Below, one piece after another: positions 14,866-22,791 of a stretch of 32,000 nucleotides of DNA (positions are counted from its first letter, which is position 1; each line of letters opens with the position of its first letter). The stretch comes from Thermoplasmatales archaeon. GTDB lineage: Archaea; Thermoplasmatota; Thermoplasmata; Methanomassiliicoccales; Methanomethylophilaceae. The translations under genes and the position numbers were made by a program. The notes under the pieces were generated by a model. The model did not search any database. It had not been told where the DNA came from and saw only the letters and a program-made list of their open reading frames with translations. The stretch lies in assembly GCA_012520845.1 (NCBI GenBank), contig JAAYNL010000010.1, forward strand, positions 9,058 to 41,057, in the 5' to 3' direction.

Positions 14866-16086
14866 ATGAAAATCCTCATCCTCGACACGGTGCACGGCGG
14901 GGACGTCCTGGCCGAGAGGCTCATGACGGACCACGAGGTCGTCTGCAGCGACGTCTACGGCATTACCGACCCGGAAATCGTCGCCAGGCTAAGGTCGATG
15001 TTCGTGGAGGTCAGCCTTTGGGTCCCCCCTCCGGGGGAATACGACCTGGTTCTGAGGCCGGAGCACTGCCCCGATTTCTACCTCAAGGACGTGGAATCCG
15101 AATACGTCGAGAATTTCAGCTGGGCCGTCGGCCAACTGCTTGAGGACGACCGCCCCAGAATCGAGGTGACGGGCGTCAAGGGGAAGACCAGCGTCTGCTA
15201 CCTGCTGGCACACGTCCTTTCCCACGCCGGGAACAAAGTGTTCCTGCACACGTCCCGCGGCAGGGGCGAATACTCCGACGGCAAACACCTCATCTCGGAG
15301 AACATGAGCATAGCCCCGCCCTCCCTGCTGCGGCTGCCCGAGGGCGACTACGACGTCCTCATACAGGAGGTGTCCCTCGGCGGGAGCGGCAAGGCGGACG
15401 TCGCCGTCATCACCAACCTCGCGGAGGACTACGGCATCGCCAAGGACACCAGGAAGGCGTCCGAGGCGAAGAAATGGATACTTTCCGACGGCATCAACGT
15501 CGTCCCCTCGGAAGAGGTCGCTTTTTGGGAGGGTTTGTCCGGCAAAAGGGTCACGGGTTACGGCGGCACCGTTGAATTGGTTTCCGAGCCCAGGGTGGGC
15601 GAGCCGTTGCAGATCAACCTAGACTACATGGGCGTGAGGATGAGGGTCTCCCTGTCCGGCGACTACCTCTCCATTCAATACGTCAAAACCATCGAATGCG
15701 TCGCCAGGGTCTGCGAGGCCATGGGGGACGTGAGCCCCGCCACGCTCTCCAAGGCCCTGACCACGTTCAGGGGGGTCCCCGGCAGGGGCGAGCTCTCCAG
15801 GGAAGGGGGCATGATACGGATCATAGAAAGGAACCCGGGGGTTTCCGCCCTCTCGATAGGGAACACCCTGGCAAGCGTCGACGCCATGGGCGGCCTGGAG
15901 AATTCCTTCGCCATCGTGGACCCGGTCAGCAGGAAGGTGTGCGAGACCCTTGTGCCCGAGGACGTAAAAAGGACGTTCGAATCCCGCGGCGTCCCCTACG
16001 CCGTCACGGAAAAGGGGCGCCCGAGGCCCGTGCCGCCCGAAGGAACGAGGGTCCTAATGGAATTCATAAAGGAAGGGTATCAATGA
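14866..16086 (+). CDS. cfbE: Coenzyme F430 synthetase (Mur-ligase-like)
   Basis: ATG 14866 (MKILILDTVHGGDVLAERL...) has an N-terminal D-T-x-HGG motif. The Mur-ligase P-loop is VTGVKGKTSV. It lies in the frame of ORF 14797..16086, whose track start is a TTG. Alternative ATG at 14836. Confidence 0.85.
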   Translation: MKILILDTVHGGDVLAERLMTDHEVVCSDVYGITDPEIVARLRSMFVEVSLWVPPPGEYDLVLRPEHCPDFYLKDVESEYVENFSWAVGQLLEDDRPRIEVTGVKGKTSVCYLLAHVLSHAGNKVFLHTSRGRGEYSDGKHLISENMSIAPPSLLRLPEGDYDVLIQEVSLGGSGKADVAVITNLAEDYGIAKDTRKASEAKKWILSDGINVVPSEEVAFWEGLSGKRVTGYGGTVELVSEPRVGEPLQINLDYMGVRMRVSLSGDYLSIQYVKTIECVARVCEAMGDVSPATLSKALTTFRGVPGRGELSREGGMIRIIERNPGVSALSIGNTLASVDAMGGLENSFAIVDPVSRKVCETLVPEDVKRTFESRGVPYAVTEKGRPRPVPPEGTRVLMEFIKEGYQ

Positions 16087-17162
16087 GGGACACCATACAC
16101 CCGAGGCCCAACCCCATAATAGCCGCGTTGTACACCGTGAGGGACCTGGAGGTGGACGTCGCGGTGATACACGGCCCCGCCGGATGCGGCTTCATGGCGT
16201 CACGCATGATCGAGGACGCCGGGGTGCGCGTCGTGACCACGTCCATGAGGGACAGCGACCTTATTTTCGGGGCTTCGGAACCCCTGATATCGACGCTTAG
16301 GAAGGTCAAGGAGAAGTTCGACCCGAAAACCGTCGCCGTAATTGGGTCTTGCGCCAGCATGATCATCGGCGAGGATATGGAGGCGGCAATCGGCCGCGCG
16401 GACATCAGCTGCAACGTCTTCCCGATCGACTGCCACGGATGCATGGGCGACAACACCCGGGGGGCGATCAGGGCGATGGAGGCCGCCGCCAAGGCGGGCA
16501 TCGTCCCGAGGGAAGAGGCGGAGAGGCAGAAATCCCTTTTCAAGGCCGCCACGAGGATGGAGAAGGACGTCGGCATGGCATCCCGGGATTACCTCAAGCC
16601 GGCCAAGGGCGCGACGAAGCACGGCATTGCGAAAAGGATCATCAAAGCCCTCAAAAACGGCAAGAAGGTCGCGGTGGTGATGGTCGGCAAGAAGGAATTG
16701 GCGTACAGGTTCGCCGACATATTCCTGGCGGTGGAGGAGGCCCGCTCCAAACTGGGCGGGGAAACGCTTTACGTGGGCAACCTGAACCCGGACCTCGGCC
16801 TCCCCAGGATCAGGCGCTATGCCAAGGACATCCTGGCCGAGCTCGGGGAAGCGGGGATCTCGCCGAAAATATCCGGCGGCTTGGACGAATACCCGCTGTG
16901 CGGCGCCAAGTCCAAGGAACTCGTGGACGAGTTCGGGCCGGACCTGCTCGTCGTCGCCGGCATCCCCCACGCGTACCCGGAACTCTCGCCGGACAACGTA
17001 CTGATCACGGACCAGCCTCGGCAGCTGGCCAACTACCTCGACTCGGGCCTCGGCCTGGCCGTGGGGGAGATTTCCTCGCACGCCCTGGTGATGAACGTGC
17101 GTTCCATCGTTCCGTTGGAAACGGGCGACACCATCAGGGAGATGCTCGCGGAGGCCGGATGA
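16083..17162 (+). CDS. cfbD: Ni-sirohydrochlorin a,c-diamide reductive cyclase, catalytic component (NifD/NflD-like)
   Basis: ATG 16083 overlaps the cfbE stop (ATGA). MRDTIHPRPNPIIAAL...VIHGPAGCGFM is the nitrogenase-component-1-like HGPxGC motif. 359 aa. Confidence 0.85.
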   Translation: MRDTIHPRPNPIIAALYTVRDLEVDVAVIHGPAGCGFMASRMIEDAGVRVVTTSMRDSDLIFGASEPLISTLRKVKEKFDPKTVAVIGSCASMIIGEDMEAAIGRADISCNVFPIDCHGCMGDNTRGAIRAMEAAAKAGIVPREEAERQKSLFKAATRMEKDVGMASRDYLKPAKGATKHGIAKRIIKALKNGKKVAVVMVGKKELAYRFADIFLAVEEARSKLGGETLYVGNLNPDLGLPRIRRYAKDILAELGEAGISPKISGGLDEYPLCGAKSKELVDEFGPDLLVVAGIPHAYPELSPDNVLITDQPRQLANYLDSGLGLAVGEISSHALVMNVRSIVPLETGDTIREMLAEAG

Positions 17163-18478
17163 AGGGCGTCGTCCTCTCAGCGGCGGGCAGCGGCTCCGGC
17201 AAGACGTCCGTGGCCACCGGGATCATGCGCCTACTTTCCCGCGACATGGGTGTGCAGGGCTACAAGGTCGGCCCGGATTTCATAGACCCCGCGTACCATA
17301 CTGCCGCCACCGGACGCACTTCGAGGAACCTGGATACCTTCCTGATGGGCAGGGAGGGCGTGAGGAACGTCGTCGGCAGGACCTCCGTCGGGGCCGATGT
17401 CTGCGTCGTCGAGGGTGTGAGGGGCCTCTTCGAAGGCGCCTCCGGCAGGACCGAAGAGGGTTCCACCGCGGAACTGGCGAAAATCCTCGGGTTCCCTGTG
17501 GTATTGGTCCTCAACACGCGTTCGCTGACCCGGTCCGCCGCCGCGATCGTCAGGGGGTTCAGATCCCTGGACCCAGAGCTCGACATCGCCGGGGTGATAC
17601 TGAACAACGTCTCCAACGCACAGCACGAGAGAAAACTGCTGGATGCCATGGACGAATACACGGACGTGGAGGTCATCGGGACGGTGTTCAGGGACACATC
17701 GAAATCCATCTCCTCCAGGACGCTGGGTCTCCGTTCCGGCGACGGGATCCGGGAGGCGATCGAGGCGCAGGCGGAGATGGTTTCCGACCTTGACCTGGAC
17801 AGGTTGATGGACATCTGCGAAAGGAAGGAAACGGAATTCCCGACGGAAAACCCGTTCGTGGAAAGGGATTGCGGGCTCAGGGTGGCCGTCCCCCGGGACG
17901 GGTGCTTCAGCTTCTATTACGAGGACAACCTGGATTGCCTGCGCAGTTCCGGTTTCGAGATCGAGTTCCACAGCCCCGTGGCCGGCGACCCCCTGCCGGA
18001 CGCCGATGCCCATTACGTCGGGGGCGGTTGCCTGGAGGAATTCGCGGCCGCGGTTTCCGGCAACGCCGACTTCATGGACGGCATGCGCCGGGCGGCCGGC
18101 GACGGCGTGCCCATCCTGGCGGAGGGGGACGGGATGCTCGCCCTCTGCAACGATTTCAACGTCGACGGCGAAACCCACCCCATGGCGGGCGTGTTCGACG
18201 CCTCCTCCGCCATGACCGGGAACCGCCACGGGCCGTATTTCGTCCTGGCCGACGCCCTGCCGGGCAATCCCTTCTACCCCGGCGCCATAAAGGGGCACTC
18301 CTTCCACTACACCGAAGTCCATCCAAATGATCCAGACTATGGCTTTTCCATCGCCAGGGGCGGCGGGATAACCGATTCCCGCGACGGAATGGTCGCCAAC
18401 AGGGCCCTCGGCATGTTCACCCACGTCCACGCCCTCTCCGTCCCGGACTGGGCCGGCGGGTTCCTAAATGGGCCGTAA
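17159..18478 (+). CDS. cfbB: Ni-sirohydrochlorin a,c-diamide synthase (CbiA/CobB family)
   Basis: ATG 17159 overlaps the cfbD stop (ATGA). The N-terminal ATPase P-loop is AAGSGSGKTS. The C-terminal GATase-3-like domain has GGGCLEEFA and FTHVHA. The expected AECGG nucleophile motif reads AEGDG (see findings). It is the only TAA stop in the window. Confidence 0.85.
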   Translation: MKGVVLSAAGSGSGKTSVATGIMRLLSRDMGVQGYKVGPDFIDPAYHTAATGRTSRNLDTFLMGREGVRNVVGRTSVGADVCVVEGVRGLFEGASGRTEEGSTAELAKILGFPVVLVLNTRSLTRSAAAIVRGFRSLDPELDIAGVILNNVSNAQHERKLLDAMDEYTDVEVIGTVFRDTSKSISSRTLGLRSGDGIREAIEAQAEMVSDLDLDRLMDICERKETEFPTENPFVERDCGLRVAVPRDGCFSFYYEDNLDCLRSSGFEIEFHSPVAGDPLPDADAHYVGGGCLEEFAAAVSGNADFMDGMRRAAGDGVPILAEGDGMLALCNDFNVDGETHPMAGVFDASSAMTGNRHGPYFVLADALPGNPFYPGAIKGHSFHYTEVHPNDPDYGFSIARGGGITDSRDGMVANRALGMFTHVHALSVPDWAGGFLNGP

Positions 18479-18653
18479 CACGTTCGCCGATGGCATCTCT
18501 GAATTTTATTTGAAAAACATTGCATACAATTCCGATGCTAAAAAACAGGGATGACGCATGACGCCAAAACAAGAATGCCTAACTAACCCTATGAGAATCG
18601 GCCCTTAGGCCCGTTTGTAACTTCTGGCACAAAAAAGAATTCGACATGTAATC

Positions 18654-18661
18654 TTTAAATA
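18654..18661 (+). promoter_or_regulatory. TATA box (TTTAAATA) of the small-ORF/GNAT pair
   Basis: Consensus octamer. The predicted TSS is near 18684, just upstream of ATG 18691. Confidence 0.45.
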
Positions 18662-18690
18662 TCCCATAAATGTTGTAATTTATGGTAAAA

Positions 18691-18861
18691 ATGGCTACGG
18701 TATCTTTCGAAAGGGAATTGGTCATCGATACCGATGAAGCGGCGCGAGATTTTCTCGAAGCTATGGACCTCGCTGAAAAGAGGGGACCGCTCAACCTGCC
18801 CGACCTCACAAAATCGTTTGAACTTGGAGAAAAAATGTTGAAAGGACTCTTAAATGAGTGA
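18691..18861 (+). CDS. Candidate antitoxin (56 aa; 59 aa if ATG 18682 is used), not in the ORF track
   Basis: Hand translation gives MATVSFERELVIDTDEAARDFLEAMDLAEKRGPLNLPDLTKSFELGEKMLKGLLNE*. The stop TGA (18859..18861) overlaps the GNAT gene start by 8 nt (ATGAGTGA). It is below the track length cut-off. The arrangement is typical of antitoxin-toxin pairs. I recognise no family. Confidence 0.45.
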   Translation: MATVSFERELVIDTDEAARDFLEAMDLAEKRGPLNLPDLTKSFELGEKMLKGLLNE

Positions 18862-19432
18862 CTTTGGCATCATCCCCCTTAGGACGCTTCTTCAAACAGG
18901 AAAGGACGAGGAATCCGTATCTAAGTTCCTATCTTCCTTTATATGTGGCAAAGACGAGGATTTGCAATCGTTCCTCCGTGAAAAAGCCATCATCCATGAG
19001 AAAAGAGATCTTTCCCGCACGTATTTGATTTTGAGGAATGATAATGGATCCGCATCCGGCATTGCAGGATACATTACGCTTGCTCTTACCGTACTGAGTG
19101 TTCCCAAAAACAATGAACTATCATCGAAAATTGTCAGAGATATGAATCTCAATAGGGACGGGAGATCCCCCGCGTACCTTATAGGTCAGATTTCAAAAAA
19201 CGACAGCGAAGAAAAGGGATTCGGTCGAGTATTAATGGACATTGGTTTGAAAATCCTTGAAACAGGACACGAAATGTTCGGATGCAGGACCGTTTGCGTG
19301 GATTGCAGAGAACCTTTGCTAGATTACTATGAAAAATACGGATTCAAAAGAATTGGAGAACCTTCCGAAGACGGGCTTTTTAGATTGGTTTTCCTGTTTT
19401 CGAATAAATCCTATAAGAACAAATCCGATTGA
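18854..19432 (+). CDS. GNAT-family acetyltransferase, TacT/AtaT-like toxin candidate
   Basis: 192 aa. The N-terminal F-x-C-G...L..FL..KA motif (FICGKDEDLQSFLREKAI) is shared with GNAT toxins. The acetyl-CoA motif A is EEKGFGRVLM, followed by YYEKYGFKRIG. The gene is markedly lower in GC than its flanks. Confidence 0.65.
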   Translation: MSDFGIIPLRTLLQTGKDEESVSKFLSSFICGKDEDLQSFLREKAIIHEKRDLSRTYLILRNDNGSASGIAGYITLALTVLSVPKNNELSSKIVRDMNLNRDGRSPAYLIGQISKNDSEEKGFGRVLMDIGLKILETGHEMFGCRTVCVDCREPLLDYYEKYGFKRIGEPSEDGLFRLVFLFSNKSYKNKSD

Positions 19433-19565
19433 AAACTGATGAAATGTCTGGGGCGCGTCGCCATAAGAACGTAAAGTAAACGGTGAACGCACACTTTATA
19501 GGCTGGTTCGGCATAGCGGCGAAACAGGTGGTAACATTCGCATATACCAGGACTCGGACGTTGAC

Positions 19566-20519
19566 ATGGGAATCCTCGATGACAAAAAGATAGCCGTTTT
19601 GGGATACGGCGCCCAAGGGAGGGCCCAGGCCCTGTGCCTCCACGATTCCGGCCTCGACGTCGTCGTCGGCGCCAGGAAGGGCGGCCAGTCCTGGGAGAGG
19701 GTCAAGGAGGACGGCCTCAAAGTCGCCACGATACCCGAGGCCGTGAAGGGCGCGGACGTCGTCATGATGCTCCTTCCCGACGAGGTCCAACCGGACGTCT
19801 ACGAGAAGGACGTCAGACCCAATATGAAACCCGGTTCCGCCCTGGAATTCGCCCACGGTTTCGCGATAACCTACGGCCTGATCGAACCGCCGGAGGACGT
19901 GGACGTCATAATGATGGCCCCCAAGGCCCCCGGCGACATGGAGAGACTCATGTACCTCGAGGGATTCGGCGTGCCCGCCCTCGTCTGCGTGCACCGGGAT
20001 GTCTCCGGCAAAGCCAAGAAAATCGCCCTGGCCCTCGCCAAGGGCATCGGCGCCACCAGGGCGGGCGTTTTCGAGACCACCTTCGACTACGAGACGAAGA
20101 CCGACCTGTTCGGCGAGCAGGCCGTCCTCTGCGGCGGTCTCACCGCCATGATCGCCGCCGGGTTCGAGACCCTCGTCGGTGCGGGTTACCCGCCGGAGAT
20201 AGCCTACTTCGAGGTTCTCCACGAGGTGAAACTCATCACCGACCTGATTAACATGGGCGGGTTCACCGAGATGTGGCGCGTCGTCTCCAACACCGCCGAG
20301 TACGGGGGCATGACCCGCAGGGACCTGGTCATCACCGAGGAATCCAAAAAGGGCATGAAGGAAATCCTCGACCAAATCGAGTCCGGCAAGTTCAAGGACG
20401 ACTGGCGCGCCGAGTGGAAGGCCGGCCTCAAGAACCTCAAGGAAATGGAGAAGAGGGAATCCAAGACCCAGATCGAGGTCGTCGGCAAGGAGATACGCAA
20501 GCTCTTCACCAGGAAATGA
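19566..20519 (+). CDS. ilvC: Ketol-acid reductoisomerase (class I)
   Basis: LGYGAQGRAQALCL is the NADP-binding site. Also carries EQAVLCGG, EVLHEVKLI and TAEYG motifs. 317 aa. Confidence 0.92.
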   Translation: MGILDDKKIAVLGYGAQGRAQALCLHDSGLDVVVGARKGGQSWERVKEDGLKVATIPEAVKGADVVMMLLPDEVQPDVYEKDVRPNMKPGSALEFAHGFAITYGLIEPPEDVDVIMMAPKAPGDMERLMYLEGFGVPALVCVHRDVSGKAKKIALALAKGIGATRAGVFETTFDYETKTDLFGEQAVLCGGLTAMIAAGFETLVGAGYPPEIAYFEVLHEVKLITDLINMGGFTEMWRVVSNTAEYGGMTRRDLVITEESKKGMKEILDQIESGKFKDDWRAEWKAGLKNLKEMEKRESKTQIEVVGKEIRKLFTRK

Positions 20520-20896
20520 ACATCCCCTTCGCCGTCAGGACCAGGGCCGGCGTGTTCAAAGGCCATCTCTTCCCGTGCGACGTGTCCGACGAGATATGGC
20601 TGGCGATGCCCGTCGACCTCGGGATCAATATGCTCGGCTCCATGATTTACTGTGAGATGCCCGTCGACTCCGACGTCGGGGGCGACCCGGTTACCGACAT
20701 GGAGGTGGGCGACGTGGCCTATTGGCCCGAGGCGTCGGCGATTTGCCTGTTCTTCGGGCCCACCCCCCTCAGCGGGACCGACGGCAAACCCGTCTCCCCG
20801 TACCCCGTGGTCAGGATAGGCAGGCTGGAGGGGGATTGCTCCGCCCTGGGAATGTCCGGCGACGGCTCCACCATGCACCTTTACAAGGACCTTTGA
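20516..20896 (+). CDS. Cyclophilin-like fold protein (TM1367-type family)
   Basis: ATG 20516 overlaps the ilvC stop (ATGA). 126 aa with the family hallmark GDVAYWPEASAICLFFGPTPLS and VVRIGRLEG. It is the C-terminal part of track ORF 20273..20896. Confidence 0.65.
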   Translation: MNIPFAVRTRAGVFKGHLFPCDVSDEIWLAMPVDLGINMLGSMIYCEMPVDSDVGGDPVTDMEVGDVAYWPEASAICLFFGPTPLSGTDGKPVSPYPVVRIGRLEGDCSALGMSGDGSTMHLYKDL

Positions 20897-21988
20897 TCAA
20901 ATCACGGTAAGTTTCTTAGGAAACGAGGTCAGGCGCCTCGGACCTTTTTCGGTAATCAACACGGTATCCTCTATGCGGATGCCGCCGACGCCCTTGACGT
21001 ACACGCCGGGCTCCGCGGACACAACGTTCCCTGCTTCGAACACGTGCGTCGAGTTTGACGAGACGTGGATGCCCTCATGGATGTCCATGCCCAGGCCGTG
21101 GCCAAAGGAGTGGATGAACATCCCCTTGAATTCCGTTGAATCGATGTATTCCCTCGCCGCGAGGTCCGGGGCGGAAGCCGGCGCGCCCGGGGCCATCTCC
21201 GCCATCCCGATTTCCTGCGCCCTCCTCACCACCGAATAGGCCTTCCTCATGATTTTGGGCGGCTCGCCGAAAAAGACGGTCCTGGTCAGGTCCGAACAAT
21301 ACATGTCGTATTTGCAGCCGAAATCGAAAAGGGCCGCGTCCCCGTCCGCGAGTTTGCGATCGCCGGGCTTATGGTGCGGCTGTGACGAATTCGGGCCGAA
21401 GGCGGCGATGGTGTCGAAGGCGTTGGAATCGGCGCCGAGGTCCCTCATGGCGCCGTCGATCGCGGCGGCGGCCTCCCTCTCCGTCATGCCTTCCCTGAGG
21501 ATGTCGGGTATGGATTTCGCCACCTCGGAAGCGATCCCGCACGCCTTCCTCATGGTGGAAACCTCCTTGCGGTCCTTCACGTTGACGGTCTTGGAAAAGG
21601 CGTCGGACACGTCCACTATCTCCGCTTCCGGCGCAGCCTTGCGCAGGAATTCGACATGGGCGTGGGTGATTTTCCCGGCGTTGACCCCGATGGCCTTCCT
21701 GCCTCCGAGGAGTTCCCCGGCGATCTCCTTCCTCCTCGCCGCGGTAGGATAGACGTGTTTCCTGCCCTTCCCGCGGCGGGCGGTCTCCGACTCCATGACG
21801 CTGACGGCGACGTCCATGGACCCGTCCGGGTTGACGACGGCGAAGGAACCCTCGAAGGTGCCGGACCTCAGGCCGGTGAGGTACCAGAAGGCGGAATCAA
21901 GGTACGGCGAGGCCCCGTTGGCGACGACTATGGCATCGACGTCCGGCGCGTTGCCCGCGAGCCTGGCCGCCCTACCGGGGACCCTCAT
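20897..21988 (-). CDS. M24-family Xaa-Pro aminopeptidase/dipeptidase
   Basis: Creatinase-like N-domain plus a pita-bread catalytic domain with metal ligands (FDFGCKYDMYCSDLTRT, HSFGHGLGMDIHE, EPGVY, RIED). The start is placed at ATG 21988, which overlaps the nadX stop (ATGA). The track start ATG 22000 is 4 codons longer. Confidence 0.85.
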   Translation of the reverse strand: MRVPGRAARLAGNAPDVDAIVVANGASPYLDSAFWYLTGLRSGTFEGSFAVVNPDGSMDVAVSVMESETARRGKGRKHVYPTAARRKEIAGELLGGRKAIGVNAGKITHAHVEFLRKAAPEAEIVDVSDAFSKTVNVKDRKEVSTMRKACGIASEVAKSIPDILREGMTEREAAAAIDGAMRDLGADSNAFDTIAAFGPNSSQPHHKPGDRKLADGDAALFDFGCKYDMYCSDLTRTVFFGEPPKIMRKAYSVVRRAQEIGMAEMAPGAPASAPDLAAREYIDSTEFKGMFIHSFGHGLGMDIHEGIHVSSNSTHVFEAGNVVSAEPGVYVKGVGGIRIEDTVLITEKGPRRLTSFPKKLTVI

Positions 21989-22791
21989 ATCCCGATCCAT
22001 TCGTTCCTGACTATCCTCTTGAGGGCGGAAATGGCCGAAAGGGATGCCAGGTGGGACGTCTTGGGATTGTCCGGCGAGGGCACGTTGAACGTGTTGCAGG
22101 CCATCTCCCCGAAGGCGCCCTTGAGCCTGAGCTCGTGGTGGTTGGATTTCGCCTTCGGGTCCAGGACCACCTTGACGACGGTCTTGTCGAACCCTATGCC
22201 GAGCAGGCTGACCGTGGCCGCCACGTTGACGTTCTTGGGGAACAGGGCGACCGCCTCCCTGGCCGTGCCGGTGTAGACTATGGTCTTCTCTTCGATTTTG
22301 TCCACGTCGATGCCCTTTTCCTCGAAAAACGCGATGTGGGCCAGCGACTTGGGGCCCTTCGTCGTGATGAGCTCGACGGATTCCAACTCGTCCACGTGGG
22401 CAGCCCTGAGGCCGTCGGTGCCGCAGACGGCGCCGGACGGTATGTAGATGCGGCAGCCGTTGTTGCGGGCCCTCTCGAACATAAGGTCCCTGAACTCGTC
22501 GTCGACCAGGGCGCCGACGGACATCACCATTATGTCGACGCCGCGGCCAACGGATTTGGACATGATCTCCCGGGCGGCCTCCTGGGACGCCGCCTCGATG
22601 ACCAGGTCGCAGTGGTAAAGCTCCTCCTCGACGGAATTCACGACGATGGCCTTGTTGAGCTTCTTCTCAAGGGCCTCCGCCTTCCCCTTTTTGATGTCGA
22701 CGAGGTAAATCCTCTTGACGTCGTCCATCGCGTCGGCGGCGATGGCGAGTTTCGAGCCGATGACGCCGCAACCGACTATCGTAATTCTCAT
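21985..22791 (-). CDS. nadX: L-aspartate dehydrogenase
   Basis: MRITIVGCGVIGSKLA is the Rossmann motif. The AspDH-type C-terminal domain carries PSGAVCG..GL and KTSHLASLSA. 268 aa. GATTAATA on the minus strand begins at 22821, 30 nt upstream of the ATG. Confidence 0.8.
   Translation of the reverse strand: MRITIVGCGVIGSKLAIAADAMDDVKRIYLVDIKKGKAEALEKKLNKAIVVNSVEEELYHCDLVIEAASQEAAREIMSKSVGRGVDIMVMSVGALVDDEFRDLMFERARNNGCRIYIPSGAVCGTDGLRAAHVDELESVELITTKGPKSLAHIAFFEEKGIDVDKIEEKTIVYTGTAREAVALFPKNVNVAATVSLLGIGFDKTVVKVVLDPKAKSNHHELRLKGAFGEMACNTFNVPSPDNPKTSHLASLSAISALKRIVRNEWIGI

Noticed and set aside
18579-18809. 76-aa minus-strand ORF in the TA islet.
   Set aside because: It is antisense to the promoter-equipped small plus-strand ORF that overlaps the GNAT start. 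It has no promoter element, and its sequence is unremarkable and partly intergenic.
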